Shown here piece by piece: positions 41,829-52,507 of a DNA stretch of 54,379 nt (positions are counted from its first letter, which is position 1; each line of letters begins with the position of its first letter). The notes beneath the pieces were generated by a model that saw only the letters and a program-made list of their open reading frames with translations, was not told the DNA's origin and made no database searches. The position numbers and the translations under genes are program-made. The stretch lies in the IMG/VR virus record IMGVR_UViG_3300011625_000001, positions 1 through 54,379 of that record. The stretch is one strand, 5' to 3'. This DNA is from a virus.

Positions 41829-44800
41829 ATGAGCTTAGACAAAACATTATTAGGTATTGCCAAGTCTGCCGTTGATACGCAGCGCAAATCACGCGATGGC
41901 CGTAACGTCGTATCAAAGGGTGTCGATGCTGTCACTAATAAAAGCTATGCCAATGAAGATAAAAAGGTAGCGGCCGCAGCCTTGCGTCAATGGGAGAACA
42001 GCACTTGGAAACCAAAGGTTGAAGCCAAGTTAAAGCAGGAGCTAAAAACCCGAGCGCCGCATTTAAAGCCGGGTAGTAAAGCCTATCAGCAAACCTATGA
42101 CAGCCTGTTTAATAAAAACTATAAAGACTTGCAATCCGCTAAAGCTAAAGCGCAGCAGCAAATAGGTACGTTACGCCAAAAAGGACAGACACAACGCCAA
42201 GTTGATGATCGTTACACCCAGAAAGAATCTCTACGCAACAACACAGCTAAAATACAATCAGCCGCAAGCGTTGGGCGTGATGTAGCTGAGGAAGCGGCCG
42301 GTGCGCTCGCTACTGGTACATCAAGAGCATTGCGTTATCCATTACAGCTTGCCGCTGACGTAGGTGAAAATGACGACGGTGGAATCTTCGACCGCGGCGC
42401 TAAGGCGTTAGAGCGCCACGAGGATAACTTACAACAAGTCTATCCAGCCTATGCTGATACCCAGCAAAACGGATCGTTTACCGAAAAACTAACACTATCC
42501 GCTATCGAACAAATACCAAACCTTGCCTTAAGCTTTACGGGTGCCGGCGCCGCTGCAAAAGGTGCGCAGCTGGCAGGCGCAGGCGCGAAGATGACTGCCG
42601 CCACTGCCTACGGTACAGCAGCCGCAACCATGTACCCACAAGCTTATGGTGATGGTAATGACAGCACCAAGCAAGAGTTAGAGAATGCCACACCCGAGCA
42701 ACTAGCCACAGCGGTACGCTCAAAGGATATCTACAAAGGGCACTTTGATAAAAACATCAAAGCTGGCATGAGTGAAGATGAGGCATACCAAAAAGCACGC
42801 GACCAGACAGTCAGTAGTATTGCTGAAGAATCAGGTGATGCCGTTGGCCTTGTGACACTCGCGCTTAGTATGCTTGCGCCGGGTGTTGGCTCATTTACTG
42901 CCAACCACGCCGCTGGTGGCGCTGTCAGCAAGTGGGGGCAAAAAGTATTTAACACATTGGCGGTCAAAGCTGACGCTGGCAAGGTGGCAAGGGTTGCTAT
43001 CCCCGCCGTCGTCGGCACTGGCATTGTGGGCTTGAACGTTGCTGAAGAAGCGTTGCAAGAAGGTTATACCGACTACACAGCACAGAAAGCTGCCGTTGAT
43101 GTGGGCGTGAAAAACAAGATTGATACCGCGCAGACAAAAGAAGCCATGCTGATGGGCGGTATCTTGGGCGGGGCTATGGGTGGCAGTGTCTATGTTGGCA
43201 CACGCAACTCAAAACTACATCAAGCACAAGATGATTTAAAAACCGCACAACAATCCTATGCCGAAGTTGCCGGACAAATACCGCAGCTGCAACAGCAGAT
43301 TGAAGCTGTATCGCCACGATCACCAGAAGGTCAGCAGCTAACCAGTCAGTTAGAGCAGGTTAAAGCGTACCTTGAACAAAGAGTTGCCAACGCCGAAAGC
43401 ATGGGCGTACCGCGCACCTCATTAACACGTCGCGCGCCGCGCATTGACCCAACCAATAGTGCGGCCAGTGACTTTGACGGTCAAGTCGAGGGTGTGACAG
43501 AGTTAAGCGAACAAGATTTTGAGAACGCATTAAACCCAGACGGCACGCCAGCGACGCAAGCGCCAGTCGTCCAGCCAATGAGTGAAGCAGAGCTTGATGC
43601 CCAAGACGCACAGATTGCTGAGCTTATTGCAGAGCAAGCAGCACTTGATGAGGCGATTGAAGATGGTAGTAATGAGAAACCGCTAGAAGAATCGATTGCC
43701 GCCGCCCAAAGCTGGTACGACAGCAAGCGCGGTGAAGGTAAGCAAGGGCTGGCGGGTGTGGTCAGTCGCGCCGCTGCTACTGAGCAGGACGCAGCGTTCG
43801 CCCAGCAGCAGGAAAGTATCAAAGGTGCTACCGCAAGTATTAATGATTACATCGCTAGTGAGCGTGCAAAACAGCAGCAAATCGACGGTCAGTTACAGCA
43901 AGAGGCGCAAGCCGCTACTACTGATGCAGAAAAACAAGCCGTCGCACAAAAAATTGAACAGCGAGAAGCTGATCGTGCCAAAGAAGATGAGTTGCTATCG
44001 ACACGCGAGCAGCTTGCACAGCCTTATGAAAATGAATCGTTTGATACTACTATCGTGGGTGCTGATGGCACGCCGTTTAAGCTGGCACGTTTTTGGGATA
44101 GTGGCTTGCCAGCGACAGCCAAAGCAAAGGCAATCGCTGAGGCGTTTGGTGGTCAGGTAGAACAGAACGTCGCTAAGTCTGACTGGGCTAATCTTCCAGA
44201 AGGCGTACAAAAAGAATTACACCAGTGGTTCACTGACAGCCTAACGAGAGTGCGACAAAGTCGTGAAGGCGTGGTAGCGCAGGCAGATGAACAAGTTGCT
44301 GCGCCAATCGAAACTGAGCAGACGCAAGAAGTAGCACCTACTGAAAGTGGGTTAACCATGCCAGTACAGCAATCAGTAGCAGAGCAAGCTCCGATTGCGC
44401 CAGTTGAAGCTGAGCAGGTAGCGGTAGTCGACACGCCAGATACCAATCAGTTAACCGATGAAAACCCAGTCATCAATATACCAGCGCCGGGCAGTAAAGC
44501 TGCAAATATTGCAACCAAGCCAACTGTTAGCAGCAAGGTATCGCAAGCGCTTATTGATAAGTATGGTGCTACAAAGATATACGGGCGTGAGCCGTGGCAG
44601 CTTATCGGTGAAAACGATTACGGTATGCCTATCTACCAACATCAAAATGGCGAGCGTATCACTCAAAAAGCAAGTGGTGATAACTTGGGTGCCGAAGCTG
44701 TCACGCCTGATAGTTATACCGTTGATGCAAAAGAATTAGCTAAAGAGCATTACACAAAGGAAGAAGTAGAGGCAGCAAGAGAGAGAGGTCAGGCACGCGC

Positions 44801-47800
44801 TGATGAATCCAAAAAAAGCGTAGCGCCAACTACTGACGAGGGTATCTATAAGAGCAAGCCAGCCGCAAAATCTGCTATCAAGAAGCAAAAGCTTGACCCT
44901 GATAGCGTGACCATTAAACAGGTGAAAGGTGGCGGCTTTGAGATTGTGCCGAACGCGCCAGAAAAACTAAGTTATACACAAGCACAAGAGCAAGCTGCTA
45001 CTGAATTGGGTATGACTATCAATGAAGATGGTGAGTACGGTGGAACAGACGCAGAGTTTGAGATATTCGCTAATCGCGTTGATGAAATACAAGGGCGCTC
45101 ACTAAGCAATAGTACGCCAACACCACAGCAAAATACCGTAGCACCTAACAATGATGTTGCTATCGGTAAAGATGGTCAGGCTAAATGGTTTGGTAGTAAC
45201 GACAAGGCGCAAGCATTTATTAGTAAGAAAGGCTTGTCTGATACGCATGAAGTTGTGAGTGCTGGCAAGTCTCGCTTTGAGATTCAGCCGAAAGCGCAAA
45301 CCACAGCAGCTACCAACCAAACCTCAACACCTACTGATGTAATAAGTGAAAATGGAAGTCCCGATACTCAGGAGCTAACCGCAGCAGGCACGACACCGTC
45401 ACAGCAAGACACCGCAGCGCCTAAAAAAACACCAAGAGGACTATCAGACAGAGCGATGGTTCGTGAAATGCAGAAACCTACTATCAACAATGGCGAGGTT
45501 GATTATAAATCAAAACTAAACCTGTCAGAAGATCAGAGTCTTGGTCGCTTGATTATGTCTAGTGGCAGGGTTTTTGATGACGCTGTAGTAAAAAGCATGG
45601 ACGATAAAAGCGTCACACTAGAGGCGACAGTTAATGGTAAGCGCGGACTGCATAAAGGCATGAGCTACCAAACCGTAGATGCAGGTATTAGTAATACAAA
45701 AAGCTATGCCGAACAGCAGGCGGCCAAATCATCTACACCGACTGGCGAGCAGTCCGCGCCAGCCAAACGAGCCGCCGCTAAAAAGCAGGCTAGTATTATC
45801 AACGAAACCACGTCGGAAACCACCACCAAACAAACACAAAATGATATAAAAGATACTGAGCTTGCAGAACAACACGGGTTTAACGATAGTAATAGATTAG
45901 ATCATGGGGAGCTATCTATACCCAATCGCACAAATAATATTGATAGTGAGATCGATTCTTATAAACGCGATAAGGCAAAGCTTGATGCTAAAAAACTTGA
46001 TGCGGTTAAAGCTAAGAACACAGAGAAGGCGGCGGCGGAGAAAGATCGCCTACTACCAATCAAAGAGCAAGCTCAAGTAGAGTACAAGCAGTACGGCACA
46101 GCAATGGTCAAGGCTTATAAAGACAAGCTTGATGCCAAAGGAGTGAATGCGCGCGACTTCTTCCGTGATGAGGCAAAATACAACCCCGAAGCATTCTTGA
46201 AATTATCTAAAAAATTCCAAGAAGAGCAGCAAGTAAAGCCCACGCCTATTGGTGACTGGCGCTCGCAGGTAGGAGGTAATGAAATCCGTGATAATAAGGA
46301 TGGAGTTACGGTGCGTAAACACGATAGGGTTGTCCATATTCGAGGAGCAAACTCCATAGCGGCCAACAAAAAGGCGCGCGAGCTTGCCAGCCAAGAGATT
46401 CGAGAGCTGCATTATATTGCCGCCAAAGAAAACCCTAGTGACCCATTTAGCGAAGCGTCTATTTGGCTCGATGGTGAAGGCGATATGATTCGTAAGAAGG
46501 GGACCAAGAAACCTTCTGGTGCCTTATTGCCAGTTCTAAAATTAGCCAAGAGTAATACCGAGCCTCAAGCGCCTGTAGCGAAACCGGAAACGGCACCGGA
46601 AACCAAAAAAACTGCCGCCGAAAAATCAGGTAAGCCAGCCGAGCAGGTCGCAGAGATTGAAGACTTTGGCGAAAAGATAACTGGCGCACGTAAAGATATG
46701 GATTCGTTTTATCAAAAAGAAATCACTGATGACGACATATCAAATCAGCCGCTTAGTAAGATATGGCCCAAGAAAGATATTGAGGCTATCGAAGATAAGC
46801 AGACGGCAGCTCTTGCTACTGTGTTGCGTGGCACGATACCAAGTAAGCCGCGTAAAGGTTATAAGCTCAATAACTGGGTGGCACAGGTTAAAAACGCACG
46901 TGGTATCATGCAGCAAATGCTTAGCGAAGATACTTTGGTTAATGAATTTATTGACAAAATGACCCAAGTGAAGGGCTTGCAAACTACCGGTTATCACACG
47001 CAATTACTAACCGCTATTGAACAAGATCAGTGGTCACGAGTAACAGCCGTGGATCATCGTCCTTACTACGCCATTCAAAATGACGACGGTAGCACCTCGC
47101 CTGATATGAGCTTTGATATCACTATCGATAAGCGCCGCCACGTTATTCCTACTGAAACCAAGCAGATATCAGAGGTGGTAGGCAAAGTAAACGAGATACT
47201 ATCAGGTGAGGTTAAAGCACCGACATTAAAATTTGATTTATACAGTCGTGGTCGTGGCGATGCCAAGTCGTGGTTTATCACACAGACCAGTGACAAAGAT
47301 AAGGCGCCGTTAATTACCTTTAACGACAGAGATTCTGCCAGAGCCTTTTTGAAAGAAAATAATAACGAGCTGTCTGAGTTATGGGCGCAGCACAAAGAAA
47401 AAGTCAACGTCAAAAAAACTGATACTCGTTCAAGGCAAAACCGTGAGCGCATTGGTCCCGACCATCGAAGTGGTCAAGATGTAACGACCGAGCAGTTCAT
47501 GAAGGCTTTCGGCTTACGCGGCGGTCAGTTTGGTAATTGGGTTAAGCAAGGCGCAAATAGTAAAGACCGTCAAGGTATGCTTAATGATGCTTATGACGCC
47601 TTCATAGACTTGGCTGGCGTGCTAGGTATTCCATCTGAAGCTATCGGACTAGGCGGTAAGCTTGGTATGTCTTTTGGTGCGCGTGGCAAGGGCAGTGCTA
47701 TGGCGCACTATGAACCATCGCAAGTGGTGATTAACCTAACCAAAACCAAAGGCGCTGGCACGTTGGCGCATGAATGGTTTCATGCACTCGATCATCACTT

Positions 47801-50800
47801 CACATCATTCCGTGATTCGCCAGCGAGAAACAAGTCGCGAGAAGATACTTATATCACCTATAAGCCTGAACCTTCTATGATGTACACACCTCAAAAAGGT
47901 AGAGGTTATTTAATTAGCAAACCAGCGCTTGAGAAGCGCAGAGCTAATAGCAATGACCCAATGTACGCCGCTGAAAATTGGGCGCCTGATCCAAACCACC
48001 CTGCAGGTGTGCGTCCAAAAGTTGAAGAGGCTTTTGCTGACTTAGTGAATGCACTCAATGATTCGCCAATGAAAGATCGTGCCACTACTATCGATAAAGG
48101 TGCAACCGATGGTTATTGGTCACGTATCATCGAGCGTGCAGCACGAGCTTTTGAAAGCTACGTTATCAACAAGCTGGACAAACAAGGCGTACGCAGCGAC
48201 TTCTTAGCCAATATTACGCCTGAAAACGCATTCCCTCGCAACATGGATAGATACCCATACTTATTGGAAAGCGAGATGGCACCAGTAGCAGAGGCGTTTG
48301 ATAATCTGTTTGCTACCATTGACAGCAAAGCTTCAAAAGATGGTAACGGCAAAATATTATTTAGTCGCGTGGGACAGATGAAGCAAGCATCTGAAAGTAT
48401 AAAAACTAATCCCACCAAAGGATTGACTGGCACAACGAGCCAGCAAATTATTGGTGCACTACAAAAGCATTTCGGTAAAGATGCAGTCGCTCAGCTTATG
48501 AAGTCTGGCAAGCTACGAGTTCGAACACTAAGTGATTTTGTTAGTAGCGACGGCCGCTTGCTTATCCCAAGAGATGCAGAAGGCTTTTATCATAGAGAAA
48601 AAGTTGTATTAATCGCTGATAATCTCACAACCGATACGGCAGTTGCAACTCTACTTCATGAGCTTGGTGGTCATGCTGGTATTCAGTCAATGCTTGCACC
48701 GCAAACCTATATGAGCCTGATGGAAAACTTTTACGCCTTAGTAAGGTCTGGTAATAAGTATGCAGTCAGAGCTAAGAGTCGCGCAGAGGCAATGACTGGC
48801 AGCGATAGCGAAGCACGCGATGAATATATTCCATACCTAATCACTGAGTACGCCCAAGCAACAGAGCGTGGCGGTCCGCTTGCAGTCATTAAACGCTTTA
48901 TTAATCGCGTTATGGCTGGCGTGCGTGCATGGGTGAGCGCAAACACTGGCGTTCAATTAAAGATTACACCGAATGATATTACCCAGCTTGCTGAACGCAT
49001 GGTTAAGCGCTTGGCAGAACAGAGTGCAATTGATATGACTGTCGCTGATGTTGAGAATATACCAGCCGGACAGATGCAGTTTAGCCAAGACAGTGTGCAA
49101 CAGGCAAACACGCCAGCATTTAGAGAGTGGTTTGACGCTAACACCCCTGATATCAGATTCAGCCGTCGCTACTCAACACTTGGCACTGACGGCAAGCCAG
49201 TCACTGCTAAAGAAAAAGCACGCGATAGAGTGGCACTAGCACAAGCGACTACCATGTCATCCAAGTTTGGAGTGAACCTACTACTTAGACGCCATCTAGC
49301 AACGCCGCAGCATGTAGCTCTACTTAATCCTGTCTTTAAGGTATTTACGGACAACGTGCAAGCGCGCATCGCTTATGAGAACAACGAGGCAGGGCTGGTG
49401 CAAACATACCTACCTGAGATATGGGACACACGCCTTGTTGTTGGTAAGAAAAAAGAAGCAATGGAGCGTGTATCAAAAGCAATTTTTGACGGCACCATGG
49501 CGGACAAGGTGTGGGGTGATAACGAGCTGCAAACGATGTTTGATTTAACTGATAAGGATATTAATTTTTACCGCAGAGCACGTCAGGCAATTGATGGCTC
49601 GGTATTAAATATGACGGTCGATACGCTGTCTGCATTAGCCAAGGGTACAAAACTGGTTAGCCTCCCTACTGTGCAAAGGTTAAAGCTGGCAGGGCTGACA
49701 CCTATTGGTCATAATCTCATGCTTCAGCAGCACATGACCGATGAGCTTGAGAAGCTAGCCAAGGGCGGGTTGATTACACCAAAAGCTGAAGCACGTATGC
49801 AGAAGCAGTTGGATGCCGTGTTCGATGTGATGAGCGCGGTCGCCGGCAAGTATGACAAGCTGGTTGAAGATGGTTATGCGCCACTCATGCGTTTTGGCCA
49901 TTACGCAGTAGAGGTGCGCGATAAAGTATCGAATGACTTAGACTTGTTCGAGTTATACGAAACCAAAGGTCAGCAGCGTAAGGCTATTAAAGAGTTAAAA
50001 GAGCGCTACGATGAGAGCCAATTTACCATCGGTACTGGTACGCTGAATCCAGAAGGATTTAAGCAGTTTAAGGATAAAGGCTTATCTCCTGAAACAGTGC
50101 AGTTATTTGCCGCTGAACTTGGCTTAGATGACGATGGCGCTTATCAAGCGTACTTAAAGATTGCGGTCAGTGATCGTAGTGCACTAAAACGATTGATTCA
50201 TCGCAAAAAAGTGCCTGGTTATAGCGAGGATATGCCACGCGTGCTGTCATCGTTTGTGATGAGTAATGCGCGTTACAGTGGCCGCAGTCTATACAACAAT
50301 GAGATTGAACGCTCAATCCAAGATATTGAAGACGGAAACCTACAGAACGAGGCGCAAAAAGTCTTTGAGAACATGGAGAATCCGCAAGAAGAGTTTGCAC
50401 AGCAGCGCAGCCTTATGTTCCATTACTTCATGGGGTTCTCGCCAGCGTTCTTCCTTCTAAACCTAACGCAGCCGTTTACGCAGACTATCCCCAAACTAAC
50501 TGCTTATGCAGGCATAGTAAAAGGACACGCGTACATGGCGCAAGCACTCGGTATCGTTGGTAAAAATATGGGTTCATCTGCCATAAATATGGGTAAGAAA
50601 GCCGCTGGGATGCCGACGCCAAACTGGAGGGGTTTTGAAGATAACTTGCCAGTATGGGTTAAAAAAGAGGATTACTTACGCATGGCTCGGGAGGGTCATC
50701 TTGATCCGCAAAATATTTACATGATCAAAGGACTTGAGCGCGGGAAGGGTGGGGTAGCAAGTGGTGTGTGGGGTAATATTGAATCCGCTGCCGGCTGGTT

Positions 50801-51920
50801 CGCTGAGGTATCAGAATCTATCAACCGCCGTAGTACTATGATTGCTGCTTTTAGAGTAGCCAAAGATATGGGCGATACCAACCTAAAAGCAGAAGGTTTT
50901 GATAATGCTTATGACTTTGCAGTTTCAGTCATTCAGCAAACACAGGGTATCTACAACAAAGCGAACCGCTCGGGACTGGCGCGCGGTAACGGCAAGCTTG
51001 GTCAGTACGGGCCATTAATCCTAGTGTTTAAACAATTCACGATTAACTACACCGAGCAAATGATACGCCATGGCCGAGATAGAGAGGTCAAGTCGTTAGC
51101 GGTCGCTATGATGTGGCAGTTTGCGCTGGCTGGCATGCTGGGCTTACCGTTTGCGGATGACTTACGCGATATATTTGAAGGGATTGCGTATCGCGTGTTT
51201 GGTAAAGCATTTAACTTGCCTGATTATCTGCAAGAGAAGCTAGGTAAGAGTAATGCGGATGCGCTTATGTATGGGATTGCCAGCGAGAAAGGGCGTATCG
51301 ACTTGTTCGGTCGATCAAGCTTAGGTAATGTCATACCTGGCACTGATGTCATTAGACCGGGACCAACGGACTGGGGTGAAATACTTGGCGCATCATCTGG
51401 GTTTTACGAAAGCTTCTTTTCAGCTGCTTCAATGGCCGCCGATGGCAAGTATAAAGATGCACTTATCACCGCCTCACCTCGCTATATTCGTGACGCCGCG
51501 TCAGGCGCAGAGATTGCATTAACAGGATCATACCGCAACACCAAAGGCGATAAGATCATGGACTTGGATAAAACCGATGCCGTGATTAAGACGCTGGCAT
51601 TTAACCCGTCGAACAATGCAAAGCCGGGACGTGATCGTAGTAACTCTTATAATATGAAAAATATGCTCAAAGCTAAGACGGATTACTTCAGCAAGCATTT
51701 GGCTGAAGCAATCTACCAAGAAAACGATGATCGCGTCGATGAGTTGTATAACGAGATGGACGAATGGAATGATAGTAACGCTGAGCACTTTAATGTTGAT
51801 ATCGATAAGATTGAAAAGTCAGCAGAGAAGCGCGTCGAGCGTAAAGACTTCGGTAGTGCTGAGCGCCAGAACATACAGGATAGCTTAGCATTAAGACAGG
51901 AGGAATTGGCTGGCACGTAA
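41829..51920 (+). CDS. Giant 3363-aa polyvalent virion protein (zincin HExxH module, PLxRFG domain)
   Basis: HEWFH at aa 1981-1985 (nt 47769-47783) in GAGTLAHEWFHALDHH. EDFGEKITGARKD from aa 1611. PLMRFG at aa 2685-2690 (nt 49881-49898). Gly/Ala-rich hydrophobic N- and C-terminal segments. Confidence 0.7.
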   Translation: MSLDKTLLGIAKSAVDTQRKSRDGRNVVSKGVDAVTNKSYANEDKKVAAAALRQWENSTWKPKVEAKLKQELKTRAPHLKPGSKAYQQTYDSLFNKNYKDLQSAKAKAQQQIGTLRQKGQTQRQVDDRYTQKESLRNNTAKIQSAASVGRDVAEEAAGALATGTSRALRYPLQLAADVGENDDGGIFDRGAKALERHEDNLQQVYPAYADTQQNGSFTEKLTLSAIEQIPNLALSFTGAGAAAKGAQLAGAGAKMTAATAYGTAAATMYPQAYGDGNDSTKQELENATPEQLATAVRSKDIYKGHFDKNIKAGMSEDEAYQKARDQTVSSIAEESGDAVGLVTLALSMLAPGVGSFTANHAAGGAVSKWGQKVFNTLAVKADAGKVARVAIPAVVGTGIVGLNVAEEALQEGYTDYTAQKAAVDVGVKNKIDTAQTKEAMLMGGILGGAMGGSVYVGTRNSKLHQAQDDLKTAQQSYAEVAGQIPQLQQQIEAVSPRSPEGQQLTSQLEQVKAYLEQRVANAESMGVPRTSLTRRAPRIDPTNSAASDFDGQVEGVTELSEQDFENALNPDGTPATQAPVVQPMSEAELDAQDAQIAELIAEQAALDEAIEDGSNEKPLEESIAAAQSWYDSKRGEGKQGLAGVVSRAAATEQDAAFAQQQESIKGATASINDYIASERAKQQQIDGQLQQEAQAATTDAEKQAVAQKIEQREADRAKEDELLSTREQLAQPYENESFDTTIVGADGTPFKLARFWDSGLPATAKAKAIAEAFGGQVEQNVAKSDWANLPEGVQKELHQWFTDSLTRVRQSREGVVAQADEQVAAPIETEQTQEVAPTESGLTMPVQQSVAEQAPIAPVEAEQVAVVDTPDTNQLTDENPVINIPAPGSKAANIATKPTVSSKVSQALIDKYGATKIYGREPWQLIGENDYGMPIYQHQNGERITQKASGDNLGAEAVTPDSYTVDAKELAKEHYTKEEVEAARERGQARADESKKSVAPTTDEGIYKSKPAAKSAIKKQKLDPDSVTIKQVKGGGFEIVPNAPEKLSYTQAQEQAATELGMTINEDGEYGGTDAEFEIFANRVDEIQGRSLSNSTPTPQQNTVAPNNDVAIGKDGQAKWFGSNDKAQAFISKKGLSDTHEVVSAGKSRFEIQPKAQTTAATNQTSTPTDVISENGSPDTQELTAAGTTPSQQDTAAPKKTPRGLSDRAMVREMQKPTINNGEVDYKSKLNLSEDQSLGRLIMSSGRVFDDAVVKSMDDKSVTLEATVNGKRGLHKGMSYQTVDAGISNTKSYAEQQAAKSSTPTGEQSAPAKRAAAKKQASIINETTSETTTKQTQNDIKDTELAEQHGFNDSNRLDHGELSIPNRTNNIDSEIDSYKRDKAKLDAKKLDAVKAKNTEKAAAEKDRLLPIKEQAQVEYKQYGTAMVKAYKDKLDAKGVNARDFFRDEAKYNPEAFLKLSKKFQEEQQVKPTPIGDWRSQVGGNEIRDNKDGVTVRKHDRVVHIRGANSIAANKKARELASQEIRELHYIAAKENPSDPFSEASIWLDGEGDMIRKKGTKKPSGALLPVLKLAKSNTEPQAPVAKPETAPETKKTAAEKSGKPAEQVAEIEDFGEKITGARKDMDSFYQKEITDDDISNQPLSKIWPKKDIEAIEDKQTAALATVLRGTIPSKPRKGYKLNNWVAQVKNARGIMQQMLSEDTLVNEFIDKMTQVKGLQTTGYHTQLLTAIEQDQWSRVTAVDHRPYYAIQNDDGSTSPDMSFDITIDKRRHVIPTETKQISEVVGKVNEILSGEVKAPTLKFDLYSRGRGDAKSWFITQTSDKDKAPLITFNDRDSARAFLKENNNELSELWAQHKEKVNVKKTDTRSRQNRERIGPDHRSGQDVTTEQFMKAFGLRGGQFGNWVKQGANSKDRQGMLNDAYDAFIDLAGVLGIPSEAIGLGGKLGMSFGARGKGSAMAHYEPSQVVINLTKTKGAGTLAHEWFHALDHHFTSFRDSPARNKSREDTYITYKPEPSMMYTPQKGRGYLISKPALEKRRANSNDPMYAAENWAPDPNHPAGVRPKVEEAFADLVNALNDSPMKDRATTIDKGATDGYWSRIIERAARAFESYVINKLDKQGVRSDFLANITPENAFPRNMDRYPYLLESEMAPVAEAFDNLFATIDSKASKDGNGKILFSRVGQMKQASESIKTNPTKGLTGTTSQQIIGALQKHFGKDAVAQLMKSGKLRVRTLSDFVSSDGRLLIPRDAEGFYHREKVVLIADNLTTDTAVATLLHELGGHAGIQSMLAPQTYMSLMENFYALVRSGNKYAVRAKSRAEAMTGSDSEARDEYIPYLITEYAQATERGGPLAVIKRFINRVMAGVRAWVSANTGVQLKITPNDITQLAERMVKRLAEQSAIDMTVADVENIPAGQMQFSQDSVQQANTPAFREWFDANTPDIRFSRRYSTLGTDGKPVTAKEKARDRVALAQATTMSSKFGVNLLLRRHLATPQHVALLNPVFKVFTDNVQARIAYENNEAGLVQTYLPEIWDTRLVVGKKKEAMERVSKAIFDGTMADKVWGDNELQTMFDLTDKDINFYRRARQAIDGSVLNMTVDTLSALAKGTKLVSLPTVQRLKLAGLTPIGHNLMLQQHMTDELEKLAKGGLITPKAEARMQKQLDAVFDVMSAVAGKYDKLVEDGYAPLMRFGHYAVEVRDKVSNDLDLFELYETKGQQRKAIKELKERYDESQFTIGTGTLNPEGFKQFKDKGLSPETVQLFAAELGLDDDGAYQAYLKIAVSDRSALKRLIHRKKVPGYSEDMPRVLSSFVMSNARYSGRSLYNNEIERSIQDIEDGNLQNEAQKVFENMENPQEEFAQQRSLMFHYFMGFSPAFFLLNLTQPFTQTIPKLTAYAGIVKGHAYMAQALGIVGKNMGSSAINMGKKAAGMPTPNWRGFEDNLPVWVKKEDYLRMAREGHLDPQNIYMIKGLERGKGGVASGVWGNIESAAGWFAEVSESINRRSTMIAAFRVAKDMGDTNLKAEGFDNAYDFAVSVIQQTQGIYNKANRSGLARGNGKLGQYGPLILVFKQFTINYTEQMIRHGRDREVKSLAVAMMWQFALAGMLGLPFADDLRDIFEGIAYRVFGKAFNLPDYLQEKLGKSNADALMYGIASEKGRIDLFGRSSLGNVIPGTDVIRPGPTDWGEILGASSGFYESFFSAASMAADGKYKDALITASPRYIRDAASGAEIALTGSYRNTKGDKIMDLDKTDAVIKTLAFNPSNNAKPGRDRSNSYNMKNMLKAKTDYFSKHLAEAIYQENDDRVDELYNEMDEWNDSNAEHFNVDIDKIEKSAEKRVERKDFGSAERQNIQDSLALRQEELAGT

Positions 51921-51973
51921 CAGGGTAAACCTATTCAAATACTTATCATCTTCGTCGACTTGATTGCTAAGCG

Positions 51974-52010
51974 GCATTAGTTTGTTTATAGTAAATAGAC
52001 AAACTAATGC
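51974..52010. promoter_or_regulatory. Perfect 12-bp inverted repeat abutting the RBS of the secreted-protein gene
   Basis: GCATTAGTTTGT (51974-51985) and ACAAACTAATGC (51999-52010) with a 13-nt AT-rich spacer. GGAG follows at 52011-52014. No U-tract. Confidence 0.5.
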
Positions 52011-52022
52011 GGAGATGGTGTT

Positions 52023-52382
52023 ATGGGTAAATTGATTGTTTTATTATTGAGTGGATTGTTTGTTAGCGGCGCTAATGCCTCGTGTTTTGGGTCTGAGAGC
52101 GTGTACACCTGCAACGATCCTCAGTCTGGCAACACCTACAATGTAACAAAGTTTGGTGGCTCAACCAACATGACTGGCACCAACTCTCGTACTGGAAGCA
52201 GCTGGAGTCAAAACTCAACCACTTACGGGGGCATTACCCAGCAAAATGGTAGAAGTTCGGATGGCGGCTCTTGGAGACAGACTATTCAGAAAAACAGTTT
52301 AACAGGAGGAACTACTTACTCCGGTACTGACTCACAAGGAAAGTCTTACAGCAAAACTTGTAACCAATTTGGGTGCTATTAA
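52023..52382 (+). CDS. Small secreted G/S/T/N-rich protein with terminal Cys pairs
   Basis: Signal peptide ending ANA|S. The mature ~99 aa protein has CFGSESVYTC at the N-end and CNQFGCY at the C-end, plus internal GG[ST]T..GT[ND]S..G.S[WY]S repeats. Confidence 0.65.
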   Translation: MGKLIVLLLSGLFVSGANASCFGSESVYTCNDPQSGNTYNVTKFGGSTNMTGTNSRTGSSWSQNSTTYGGITQQNGRSSDGGSWRQTIQKNSLTGGTTYSGTDSQGKSYSKTCNQFGCY

Positions 52383-52474
52383 CTTAGCTACACCTAGCTA
52401 GATTTAGCTGCCTTGTCTCTCAAAAACAGCTATAAATGAATGACAAGCCTATTTGTATCTCAATATGAACAATA

Positions 52475-52506
52475 AAGCCCATCTATTAATTTAGGTGGGC
52501 TTTTTT
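52475..52506 (+). terminator. Intrinsic terminator after the secreted-protein gene
   Basis: 10-bp stem AAGCCCAUCU/AGGUGGGCUU followed by UUUUUU. Confidence 0.8.
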
Positions 52507-52507
52507 A

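Noticed and set aside
41829-51920. N4-like virion RNA polymerase (suggested by similar size and the N4-type capsid protein)
   Set aside because: I could not find T7-like RNAP motifs by eye. The HExxH and PLxRFG landmarks point to the polyvalent-protein class instead. This cannot be fully excluded without profile searches.
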